From Opitutia bacterium (GTDB lineage: Bacteria > Verrucomicrobiota > Verrucomicrobiia > Opitutales > UBA953), in assembly GCA_037138415.1 (NCBI GenBank), contig JBAXIK010000001.1, positions 1-49,995 of the forward strand: a DNA stretch of 49,995 nucleotides, read 5' to 3'. The notes under the pieces are model-generated. The model did no database searches and had not been told where the DNA came from. It saw only the letters and a list, made by a program, of their open reading frames with translations. Of this stretch, positions 27,773 to 36,189 are shown piece by piece. Numbering within the stretch: the stretch's first letter is position 1; every line of letters starts with the position of its first letter. Position numbers and translations under genes: made by a program.

Positions 27773-29241
27773 TGTCACACTACCTTGCCATTGATTTAGG
27801 AGCTGAGTCGGGTCGCGTTATCCGTGGGTCACTCCGTGCTGGCAAATTAAGTATGACCGAAGTCCATCGTTTTTCGAACGGTGCAATCAAAAGTAAAAAT
27901 ACTCTGCGTTGGGATTTTCCCCGACTAATCAAAGAAATTGAAATCGGTTTACAGAAAGCCGCCAAACTCGGGCCTGTGAAATCCATTGGTTGCGATTCTT
28001 GGGGCGTGGATTATGTTTTGATTAATCGCGCCGGAGAAGTCATCGACCTGCCTTATTGCTACCGCGATGAAAGAACCGACGCCACTTTTGCTGAAGTCCA
28101 GAAAAAGCTGTCTCCGCAAAAGATTTTTAGCGCTACGGGTATTGGGTCTCTTTCCATCAATACGCTTTATCAGTTGTATGCTGATCTTAAAACTCGTCCA
28201 ATGGTTCTAAAGAATACCGACAAGTTCTTACTGATGGGTGATGCCGTGAGTTGGAAACTTACCGGAAAAATCCGTGCGGAAGAAACGTTGATATCGGGTA
28301 GTCAATTATGGGATACCCGTAAAAATAACTGGGCGTGGCCTTTGATCGATAAGTTAAATATCCCTAAACATATTTTCCCGGAGACCATTCAGCCCGGAAA
28401 AGTTATCGCGAACCTTTCACCGGCTTTAGAAAAGAAAACTAAACTTAAAAACGTTCAGGTAGTAGCTGTATGCGCTCATGATACCGCTTCAGCGGTGGCT
28501 GCCGTACCTGCGCCTAAGGGAAATCAATGGGCCTACCTTTCGTCCGGAACATGGTCGTTACTCGGCGTTGAGCTCAGCAAGCCGTTAATCAATGAGGCTG
28601 TGCGTAAGGCTAATTTTACCAATGAAATCGGGCATAATCGTACCACTCGATTCCTTAAATGTTTGGTGGGACTGTGGATTTTACAGGAATGTCGCCGCGA
28701 ATGGATTAAGACGCATAAGAATTTAGACTACACAAGTATTACTCAACAGGCTCAAAAGTCTCCTGAGTTACGTTCCTTGATTAGACCTGATGATAGTCGA
28801 TTTTCAAAAATGGGTAGTATGGTTAAAAAGGTTCAAGACTACTGCCGCGAGACCCAGCAACCTATTCCTCAATCAATCGGTGAAATCAGCCGCTGTATTC
28901 TAGATTCCTTAGCGCTACTTTATTGTGAAGAGCTAGATGGGCTTGAAAAACTCGCCCGTCGAAAAATAAAACAACTTCATATTGTCGGTGGTGGATGTCG
29001 TAATGACGTCTTAAATCAAGCCACGGCTAATGCCACGGGTCGCGTCGTTGTAACGGGCCCGGTTGAAGCCACAGCCATGGGAAATATTCTTGTGCAAGCG
29101 ATGGCGACCAAGGAACTAAAAAATATCGAAGCGCTCCGCCAAGTGGTTCGTCGATCCAATCAATTTATGACCTTTAAGCCAAAGTCCGCCGCACCCTGGA
29201 CCAAAGCCTACACTCTTTTCAAAAAACTTCCTAAATCTTAA
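27772..29241 (+). CDS. rhaB: Rhamnulokinase (FGGY family)
   Basis: Collinear with E. coli RhaB: AIDLGAESGRV, DSWGVDYVL, CYRDERT, AHDTASAV, YLSSGTWSLLG, GLWILQE, LHIVGGGCRN and GPVEATAMGN. The start overlaps the upstream stop (TAATG). Confidence 0.88.
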   Translation: MSHYLAIDLGAESGRVIRGSLRAGKLSMTEVHRFSNGAIKSKNTLRWDFPRLIKEIEIGLQKAAKLGPVKSIGCDSWGVDYVLINRAGEVIDLPYCYRDERTDATFAEVQKKLSPQKIFSATGIGSLSINTLYQLYADLKTRPMVLKNTDKFLLMGDAVSWKLTGKIRAEETLISGSQLWDTRKNNWAWPLIDKLNIPKHIFPETIQPGKVIANLSPALEKKTKLKNVQVVAVCAHDTASAVAAVPAPKGNQWAYLSSGTWSLLGVELSKPLINEAVRKANFTNEIGHNRTTRFLKCLVGLWILQECRREWIKTHKNLDYTSITQQAQKSPELRSLIRPDDSRFSKMGSMVKKVQDYCRETQQPIPQSIGEISRCILDSLALLYCEELDGLEKLARRKIKQLHIVGGGCRNDVLNQATANATGRVVVTGPVEATAMGNILVQAMATKELKNIEALRQVVRRSNQFMTFKPKSAAPWTKAYTLFKKLPKS

Positions 29242-29254
29242 TACAAAAAATATC

Positions 29255-31447
29255 ATGTGCTCATTAAAATATGTATCTAACCTTTGGAACGACGCTGAAG
29301 TCGCCAAGCTTGATCCGGTTGGACGATTAGTATATCGATCCAACAAGTTGGGCGCCGATCAGCGCATCACCAATACCGGTGGTGGTAATACTTCTTCGAA
29401 GACCACGGAAAAAGATCCGTTATCTGGCAAAGCTGTACCCGTTTTATGGGTTAAAGGTTCTGGCGGCGATTTACGTACGTCTACTCGCGAAAATTTCTCC
29501 TCACTCTACCAAGACAAACTCATCGAATTACAAGCGGTGTATGCTGCACGTGCGGATAAGGGATTAAAGTCCCAGGCTGAAGATGACATGGTCGCTATGT
29601 ATAATCATACGACTTTTAATTTAAATCCTCGCGCCTCATCAATCGACACTCCACTCCACAGCTTCTTACCAGGTAAGCATGTCGACCACATGCATCCTAA
29701 CGCGATTATTTCTATTGCTGCTTCAAAGAATTGCGAAGCCCTAACCCAAAAAATCTTTACTGGTAAAATGGCGTACGTAAAATGGATGCGTCCTGGATTT
29801 GAATTAGGATTAGCGATGCAGGATATTGCACGCAAAGAGACATCAACCAAGGCCATCATGATGGGTCAGCACGGATTCATTTCATGGGCTGATGATGATA
29901 AAGCCTGTTACGAACTTACTCTTTCGATGATTGAGCAAGCCGCTGCTTATATCGAGTCACAGTACCAATCCAAAGGTGGTGATGCGAAAGCTTTTGGTGG
30001 TGCTAAATATCAAACCCTCGATGCTGCTAAACGTAATGAAGTCTTAGCGAAAATTTTGCCTTGGCTCCGTGGTCAGGTCTCTCAAGAAAAACGTTTTATT
30101 GGAACGGTACAGGATGATGAAAAGATTTTACGTTTCGTTAATTCGAGCGACGCACCTCGCTTGGCAGAATTAGGTACATCCTGCCCCGATCACTTCCTAC
30201 GTACGAAAATCAAACCACTCTATATTGATTGGAATCCGCAAAAAGAAGACGTCGCTGCGCTTAAATCTAAACTCCAATCCGGTTTAGATAACTACCGCAA
30301 AGATTACGCGAAGTATTATAATGCCTGCAAACGTGCTAATTCACCTGCGATGCGTGATCCAAATCCTACCGTCGTACTTATTCCAGGTGTCGGCATGGTT
30401 GCTTGGGGCAAAGATAAGTCCGAGTCTCGTGTTACGGCTGAGTTTTATAATTGTGCCGTTGAAGTCATGCGTGGTGCAGAGGCAATCGACCAGTATGTTG
30501 CCCTGCCCCAACAAGAAGCTTTTGATATCGAGTATTGGTTATTAGAAGAAGCCAAACTGAAGCGCATGCCTGCCGAGAAAGAATTAGCGCGCCAAATTAT
30601 TATCGTGGTCGGCGCAGGTTCGGGCATTGGTAAAGAAACCGCACACCGCTTAGTTAAAGAAGGTGCTCATATTGTTTGTGTGGATAAAAATGTTGAAGCT
30701 GCCCAAGCCACGGCGAAAGAAATTACCGATAAGTACGGTATTGGTATCGGTGTTGCTGGTACCGGACTCTCCAATTGCGGTCCAGCCATCGGCTTGGCGG
30801 GTGACATCATGGATCGTAACTCTATTCGTCGCATGCTCGATGAAGTCGCCTTGGCCTACGGCGGTTTCGATTCCATCTGTGTTACTGCCGGTATTTTCGT
30901 ATCACCTGATACCTCTGGGCACATTCCTGACGATAAGTGGGCTCTGACATTTGCTTTAAATGTAACAGGCAGTTACTTGGTTGCAGATGAAGCTTTCAAG
31001 ACCTGGAAGGAACAAGGCCTGCGCGGAAATATGGTGCTTACGACCAGCGCAAATGCCGTTGTCGCTAAGAAAGGCTCCGTGGCCTACGACACTTCCAAAG
31101 CTGCCGCCAATCACCTCGTACGCGAACTAGCCATGGAGTTGTCCCCTCTCATTCGTGTTAATGGTGTTGCGCCTGCAACCGTTGTTCAAGGTTCAGCGAT
31201 GTTCCCCCGCGATCGTGTTATCGCATCGTTAGCTAAATATAACATTCCTTACACCGATGATGAAGCATCTGAATCGCTGACGACTAAATTATCTCAGTTC
31301 TATGCTGAAAGAACTCTCACGAAGAATCCGATTACTCCCGCTGACCAAGCCGAGGCGTATTTCTTATTAGTTTCTAATCGCCTAAACAAAACCACTGGCC
31401 AAGTGATCACAGTCGACGGTGGCTTACACGAGGCTTTCTTAAGATAA
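29255..31447 (+). CDS. rhaEW: Bifunctional rhamnulose-1-phosphate aldolase / short-chain dehydrogenase (YuxG/RhaEW type, L-lactaldehyde dehydrogenase domain)
   Basis: The N-terminal ~440 aa form a class II aldolase domain (LVYRSNKLGADQRITNTGGGNTSSK, HMHP). The C-terminal SDR domain starts near nt 30597 (VVGAGSGIGK, YDTSKAA). Length is 730 aa. Confidence 0.85.
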   Translation: MCSLKYVSNLWNDAEVAKLDPVGRLVYRSNKLGADQRITNTGGGNTSSKTTEKDPLSGKAVPVLWVKGSGGDLRTSTRENFSSLYQDKLIELQAVYAARADKGLKSQAEDDMVAMYNHTTFNLNPRASSIDTPLHSFLPGKHVDHMHPNAIISIAASKNCEALTQKIFTGKMAYVKWMRPGFELGLAMQDIARKETSTKAIMMGQHGFISWADDDKACYELTLSMIEQAAAYIESQYQSKGGDAKAFGGAKYQTLDAAKRNEVLAKILPWLRGQVSQEKRFIGTVQDDEKILRFVNSSDAPRLAELGTSCPDHFLRTKIKPLYIDWNPQKEDVAALKSKLQSGLDNYRKDYAKYYNACKRANSPAMRDPNPTVVLIPGVGMVAWGKDKSESRVTAEFYNCAVEVMRGAEAIDQYVALPQQEAFDIEYWLLEEAKLKRMPAEKELARQIIIVVGAGSGIGKETAHRLVKEGAHIVCVDKNVEAAQATAKEITDKYGIGIGVAGTGLSNCGPAIGLAGDIMDRNSIRRMLDEVALAYGGFDSICVTAGIFVSPDTSGHIPDDKWALTFALNVTGSYLVADEAFKTWKEQGLRGNMVLTTSANAVVAKKGSVAYDTSKAAANHLVRELAMELSPLIRVNGVAPATVVQGSAMFPRDRVIASLAKYNIPYTDDEASESLTTKLSQFYAERTLTKNPITPADQAEAYFLLVSNRLNKTTGQVITVDGGLHEAFLR

Positions 31448-31450
31448 TCT

Positions 31451-32179
31451 GTGCGCGTTTCCCTATTCATTCCGTGCTTCATCGACCAGCTTACCCCACA
31501 GGTAGGTTTGGCGACGGCTAAGATTTTGAAAAAACTCGGCCAGGAAGTTGAATTTAATTCCAGTCAAACCTGTTGCGGTCAGCCCTCTTATAATTCCGGA
31601 CAATGGGAAATCGCTAAAGAAGGTGCGATTCGTAGTTTAGAAGTTTTTAAGGATGCAGAGGTGGTTGTCGGGCCTTCCGGTTCATGCGTGGCGATGATGA
31701 AGAAGTTTTATCCTGAACTTCTCCAAGGCACGAAATATGAAGCAGAGGCGAAAAGACTATCTCAACGCACGTTTGAATTTTCTGATTTCGTTGTTTCGCA
31801 ATTAAAGATTACGGATGTCGGTGCTACTTTGAATAAAAAAGTTACCTACCATGATGGTTGTCACGCCTTGCGCGAATTAAGACTCAAAGAGGAGCCACGT
31901 AAATTATTACGCGCAGTTAAGGGTCTAGAATTAATCGAAACCGAAGAGGCAGAATCATGCTGCGGCTTTGGCGGCTTATTTGCTGTGAAATTCCCGATGA
32001 TTTCTACGGCCATGGTACAAGTAAAAGCCGGTGCCCTTGCCCGAACGGGAGCCGACTACATTGTTTCATCCGACCCATCCTGCTTACTTCAGATTGGCGG
32101 ATGGCTATCACGCGAAGGCAAAGTCATTAGACCTCTGCATATTGCCGAGCTCTTAGCGATGGGGATCGACCATGACTAA
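31451..32179 (+). CDS. lutA: L-lactate utilisation protein LutA (CCG-domain Fe-S oxidoreductase subunit)
   Basis: It has a GTG start, the typical N-terminus RVSLFIPCFIDQ, and two CCG motifs (SQTCCGQP, ESCCGFGG). Length is 242 aa. Confidence 0.88.
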   Translation: MRVSLFIPCFIDQLTPQVGLATAKILKKLGQEVEFNSSQTCCGQPSYNSGQWEIAKEGAIRSLEVFKDAEVVVGPSGSCVAMMKKFYPELLQGTKYEAEAKRLSQRTFEFSDFVVSQLKITDVGATLNKKVTYHDGCHALRELRLKEEPRKLLRAVKGLELIETEEAESCCGFGGLFAVKFPMISTAMVQVKAGALARTGADYIVSSDPSCLLQIGGWLSREGKVIRPLHIAELLAMGIDHD

Positions 32180-33563
32180 TTCAAAAACCATTTTCATTAA
32201 GGAATCTACGCTGACGAGTGCCGACGGCGACCAACGTCAGTTTATTCGTACCGCGCTGGGTGGTTACTATAAAAATCGTGATTTATATCAGGCAAGGTAT
32301 CGCAATTGGGAACTGGCCCGCGATGCGGCCTCACTCGCTAAATGGTCAGCCGTAAATAATTTAGCCGAAGTCTTAGAAAAGTTTGTCGCAAAGTTTGAAT
32401 CTAATGGCGGCAAGGTTCATTGGGCACGTGATGCAGCTGAAGCACGAGAAATTATTTTAGATTTATTGGCTAAAGCGAATGCTAAAGCCGTCATTAAATC
32501 GAAGTGCATGACCACCGAGGAGATTCATTTAAACGACGCGCTCGAAAAAGCGGGTTATGGAGTCGTCGAAAGTGATTTAGGTGAATTCATTCAACAATTA
32601 CGCGGGGAAGCTCCTTATCACTTCGTCTTCCCTTGTATGCATTTAAAGCGTGAAGCGATTAGCGATTTGTTTACCAAGAATCTCGGAACCGCGGCGACTG
32701 ACAGTCCGGAAGAACTTACGATGATTGCACGGAGACATTTACGTAAACTTTATATTACAGCCGATGTGGGTATTACGGGGGCGAACTTTTTAGTCGCTGA
32801 TACCGGCCAAATTTCAATTACCGAGAACGAAGGTAATGCCCGTTTAACGGCCGCGATGCCGCGGGTGCATATTGCGCTCTCAGGAATCGAAAAAGTGATT
32901 AATACTATAGACGATCTCACTGTCTTGCTGCCCATGTTAGCGACGGCGGGTGCAGGTCAGCCGATGACTTGTTATAATACCCTTTATGCTGGGCCTAAAA
33001 AACCAGGTGAGCGTGATGGTCCAGAAGAGTTTCATTTAGTCTTATTAGATAATGCTCGTACTCAGATATTAGCGGATCCTGAACAACGCGATTCGCTCCA
33101 TTGTATTCGCTGTGGTGCTTGTTTAAATGTTTGTCCGATCTTTAAAAATATTGGCGGACATGCTTATGGTACCACCTACCAAGGTCCGATTGGTTCCGTA
33201 ATAACGCCTCATCTTCGTGGTCTCAAGGATTGGAATCACCTTTCAGGTGCCTCGTCACTCTGTGGTGCGTGTACCGATGCCTGCCCGGTGCGTATAGATT
33301 TGCACCATCACTTATTACAAAATCGACGCAATGCTGCGAAGGTCGTCCCTAATCTATTTGACCGTGTTTTCCATGGTACATTTAATTTTGTTATACAACG
33401 CCCGGCGATATTTTCTTTCGGTGGAAAAGTTTTTCGAAAAACTTTCGGACTATTGAAGCACTTGCCTATTCCTTATTTAGGTACCTGGCTCAAGTCCCGA
33501 GATTTACCGGCAATCCCTCAAAAATCATTTAGAGAAGTATGGAAGGATTCTAAAAATGTCTGA
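32172..33563 (+). CDS. lutB: L-lactate utilisation protein LutB (4Fe-4S ferredoxin-type subunit)
   Basis: Ferredoxin motifs CIRCGACLNVCP and CGACTDACP follow a LUD domain. It overlaps lutA by 8 nt. Confidence 0.88.
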   Translation: MTNSKTIFIKESTLTSADGDQRQFIRTALGGYYKNRDLYQARYRNWELARDAASLAKWSAVNNLAEVLEKFVAKFESNGGKVHWARDAAEAREIILDLLAKANAKAVIKSKCMTTEEIHLNDALEKAGYGVVESDLGEFIQQLRGEAPYHFVFPCMHLKREAISDLFTKNLGTAATDSPEELTMIARRHLRKLYITADVGITGANFLVADTGQISITENEGNARLTAAMPRVHIALSGIEKVINTIDDLTVLLPMLATAGAGQPMTCYNTLYAGPKKPGERDGPEEFHLVLLDNARTQILADPEQRDSLHCIRCGACLNVCPIFKNIGGHAYGTTYQGPIGSVITPHLRGLKDWNHLSGASSLCGACTDACPVRIDLHHHLLQNRRNAAKVVPNLFDRVFHGTFNFVIQRPAIFSFGGKVFRKTFGLLKHLPIPYLGTWLKSRDLPAIPQKSFREVWKDSKNV

Positions 33564-34224
33564 AGCTCGTAAAGAAATCATGGGCCGTATCCGCGAGGCG
33601 CTAAAAACTCCTTCGCCTAAGCCACATTTAAAAGGGGAATCTACCAAGGTTACAGGCAAAGCGTGGCTGCCTGAAGTCGGCGATACTCAAGTGGAAATCA
33701 TGACCCTACTTTCTGATAATTTAGCGAAGCTGAAAGCCAACTTCCACCTAGTCGAAAACTTAGATCAGGCCATATCCTTGGTGAAAGATTTAGCACAAAA
33801 GAAGAATTGGAAGAACATCGCCTATCATAAGGACGAACTCGTGACGCCGGTCGCTCAAGCAATCGATGGCGAATCCTGGGCAGTAGAAGACTCTTTTTCA
33901 AAAGATAAACTTGAGGCAGCCGATGTCGGGCTGACGTCTTGTGTGTCCATTGTAGCTCAATTCGGAGCAATTTTGGTCTCGAGTGAGACATCGGGTGGTC
34001 GCGGATTATCTATTTTGCCTCCCGTGCACGTCGTGATTGCGAAGGCCGACCAAGTTGTACCCGATTTGGCTGCCTGTTTTGAGCAAATTAATGTCCAATT
34101 TAAGGGTAAAATGCCGAGTATGCTATCTTTTATCACTGGTCCAAGTCGGACGGGCGACATTGAGCGCATCCTAGTTCTAGGTGCTCACGGTCCGAAGGAA
34201 TTATATTTAATATTAGTCCGCTAA
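33556..34224 (+). CDS. lutC: L-lactate utilisation protein LutC (LUD domain)
   Basis: A 222-aa LUD-type protein in the conserved third position, overlapping lutB by 8 nt. Confidence 0.8.
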   Translation: MSEARKEIMGRIREALKTPSPKPHLKGESTKVTGKAWLPEVGDTQVEIMTLLSDNLAKLKANFHLVENLDQAISLVKDLAQKKNWKNIAYHKDELVTPVAQAIDGESWAVEDSFSKDKLEAADVGLTSCVSIVAQFGAILVSSETSGGRGLSILPPVHVVIAKADQVVPDLAACFEQINVQFKGKMPSMLSFITGPSRTGDIERILVLGAHGPKELYLILVR

Positions 34225-34262
34225 AACTTCGGGACGGGGTATTAATTTTAGTCATCCGAAAT

Positions 34263-34277
34263 ACAACAGATTGTTGT
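34263..34277. promoter_or_regulatory. Perfect 6-bp inverted repeat ACAACA-gat-TGTTGT, 10 nt upstream of a consensus TTGACA (34287-34292)
   Basis: Read directly from the sequence. It lies 50-64 nt upstream of the ATG of the 589-aa orphan. Whether it acts as an operator, a promoter element or neither is unknown. Confidence 0.25.
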
Positions 34278-34326
34278 GATGTGGCATTGACACTCAGGGG
34301 CGAGTCATCAATTCAAACTATTCCGC

Positions 34327-36096
34327 ATGCAGAATTTCTCAAGTCAGTGCCTAGATCAAACTAGGGCTCTTCTGAAAATTAACCTCAGTTCGATTACACC
34401 GGACGGGTCTATACAGCCCGTGGCTGGTGAGACGAGTCGGGCTGACGAGCCTGGCCACGTGGCCCTCGCTCTAGGTGAATATTTTCGCGCCACCGGCGAC
34501 CTCGTATTCGAGCGCCAAAGCATCCCTGAATTAGCTGCGCGAACGATTACCGCTCAGGTTAAACTCTCGCAAGGGTCTGATAACGGTATGGCTTTCGCCT
34601 GTTTAGGACTTCTCGCTTTTGGCTCTACCCGTGAGCGTAATCCGGTTTGGGAAATTCTCAGTCCCGATATCAGAAAGTTAATCGATGAACGTTTAGCAGT
34701 GACGCACGATCACCATGATCACGTGCAAGCATTCGATATCGCTAAAGCGGTATGTAGATTTTCTTTCGGCTTGTCCAAAAAAGATGAGACGGGCGCGTTG
34801 GTGGATCGTTTTATTGAACGCATCGGTGCAGCCTCGACAGGCGGATTTCATGATGACGCTTCGAAACAAGCTCATGCGGATAACTTCGGTGGTACATTCG
34901 ATCTCTATGGTGTCGTGGCACTCATTTTTATTCGTCAGGCATTACAATTACATGCCAATAGCCAAGTTCGAGATGCTAAATTGCCGAAGTTACGTACGGT
35001 AGCTGAAAAATATTTACGAATCATTTTAGAAACCGTGCGGGAGGATGGTCTGGGTTGGACGTACGGACGCGGCATTGGCGCGTATGCACAGATGCATTGT
35101 GTCACACTCATCTTACAAGCCTTACGTGATCGTTTAATTTCTTCTGATAAAGAACCCCTCGCCCGCGATTTAGTTCGTCGCCTGTATACCCATTTCTTTA
35201 CCACGTTCTTCGATATGGAACATGGATCAATCGTGATTCGCGATACGGAACGCGACACGATACCAGGTCACACCACGCGTATGGCGAATTTCGACGCGGC
35301 GCGCTATCTTTCGCAGTGGTCACGATTGGCTAAAACAATCGGCGGCAGTATGAATGTAGCTCCAGCGAATAAAGGATTAGTTTGTCGCTTCTACTCTTTC
35401 GATAAAAGTCCACGTAAAGAACAGGGTTTGTTATCCTACTCGGACGTTGATTCAGGCGTGAATATTCTCATTCCGATTGTTTCCCAAGGTTCCCATAAGT
35501 TCTGCGATTCCCTCTCATTCCCTCACATGCCCGGAGTGTTCGATTGGCCAAGTAATTCTTATACCAGTCCGTTTCTTCCTGAATATACGATTGGCGGAAA
35601 AATATATACACCCTCGTTTTACGGCAAGAACATGCAAGTGGTTATGGGCACCAAGTCTGGTACCTATCACTTTAAATATGACCAGCCTGACTTGATTGAT
35701 CATACCGAAAAACTTTCCAGCGGTTTAGCTTCGATGAAAGTAGATTGGGAGTTTACTGGTGGAAAAATAACTGGCCGTTTCACCTTAACGCCTAAGGTCG
35801 CGCTAGTTTTAGAAAACTTCCGATTCGTTCTACCCATCGCCGCCCTCCACTCCCGAATGGTTTCAGCGGGTGCATTGATGCTCGGACCCGAATCGCATCG
35901 TTGTGAAATTTTACGTGATGATTTTCACGGTGAATGGCTGGAAACAAAAGTGGTCAGTGAAGATCCTAAACATAAGAGCCTATTTGGAAAAATTCATTAT
36001 TATCAAATCTTGGAGCGTGATAAAACGCTGAGTCTTCGTCCAGGCATTGGGTACAATTTTGAAGTTGTATTGCAGCCTGACGTTGTCCGTCTGTAA
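34327..36096 (+). CDS. Hypothetical cytoplasmic protein, 589 aa (helix-repeat N-terminal half, beta-rich C-terminal half)
   Basis: A long clean ORF with no signal peptide or TM segment. I recognise no family motif. The composition pattern suggests about 12 amphipathic helices followed by a beta-sandwich-like region. Confidence 0.6.
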   Translation: MQNFSSQCLDQTRALLKINLSSITPDGSIQPVAGETSRADEPGHVALALGEYFRATGDLVFERQSIPELAARTITAQVKLSQGSDNGMAFACLGLLAFGSTRERNPVWEILSPDIRKLIDERLAVTHDHHDHVQAFDIAKAVCRFSFGLSKKDETGALVDRFIERIGAASTGGFHDDASKQAHADNFGGTFDLYGVVALIFIRQALQLHANSQVRDAKLPKLRTVAEKYLRIILETVREDGLGWTYGRGIGAYAQMHCVTLILQALRDRLISSDKEPLARDLVRRLYTHFFTTFFDMEHGSIVIRDTERDTIPGHTTRMANFDAARYLSQWSRLAKTIGGSMNVAPANKGLVCRFYSFDKSPRKEQGLLSYSDVDSGVNILIPIVSQGSHKFCDSLSFPHMPGVFDWPSNSYTSPFLPEYTIGGKIYTPSFYGKNMQVVMGTKSGTYHFKYDQPDLIDHTEKLSSGLASMKVDWEFTGGKITGRFTLTPKVALVLENFRFVLPIAALHSRMVSAGALMLGPESHRCEILRDDFHGEWLETKVVSEDPKHKSLFGKIHYYQILERDKTLSLRPGIGYNFEVVLQPDVVRL

Positions 36097-36130
36097 ACGG
36101 TTTCTAGCTCCTAGGTAGGTCATTATCGCC

Positions 36131-36148
36131 TCCTGGATGTTTCCAGGA
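36131..36148 (+). terminator. Weak candidate intrinsic terminator hairpin (TCCTGGA-tgtt-TCCAGGA followed by TTGT)
   Basis: A 7-bp perfect stem with a 4-nt loop lies 35 nt after the stop of the 589-aa ORF. The U-tract is poor. Confidence 0.3.
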
Positions 36149-36189
36149 TTGTCAGTTCCGTCCAAGCCTACTATCTATCCCTTTGTCTC

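Noticed and set aside
25396-34224. Link between the deoxyhexose operon and a Planctomycetes/Verrucomicrobia-type bacterial microcompartment
   Set aside because: The window contains no BMC shell (BMC-H/T/P) genes, aldehyde dehydrogenase (acylating) or phosphotransacylase. The RhaW-plus-LutABC route points to the non-compartmentalised, lactate-producing branch instead.
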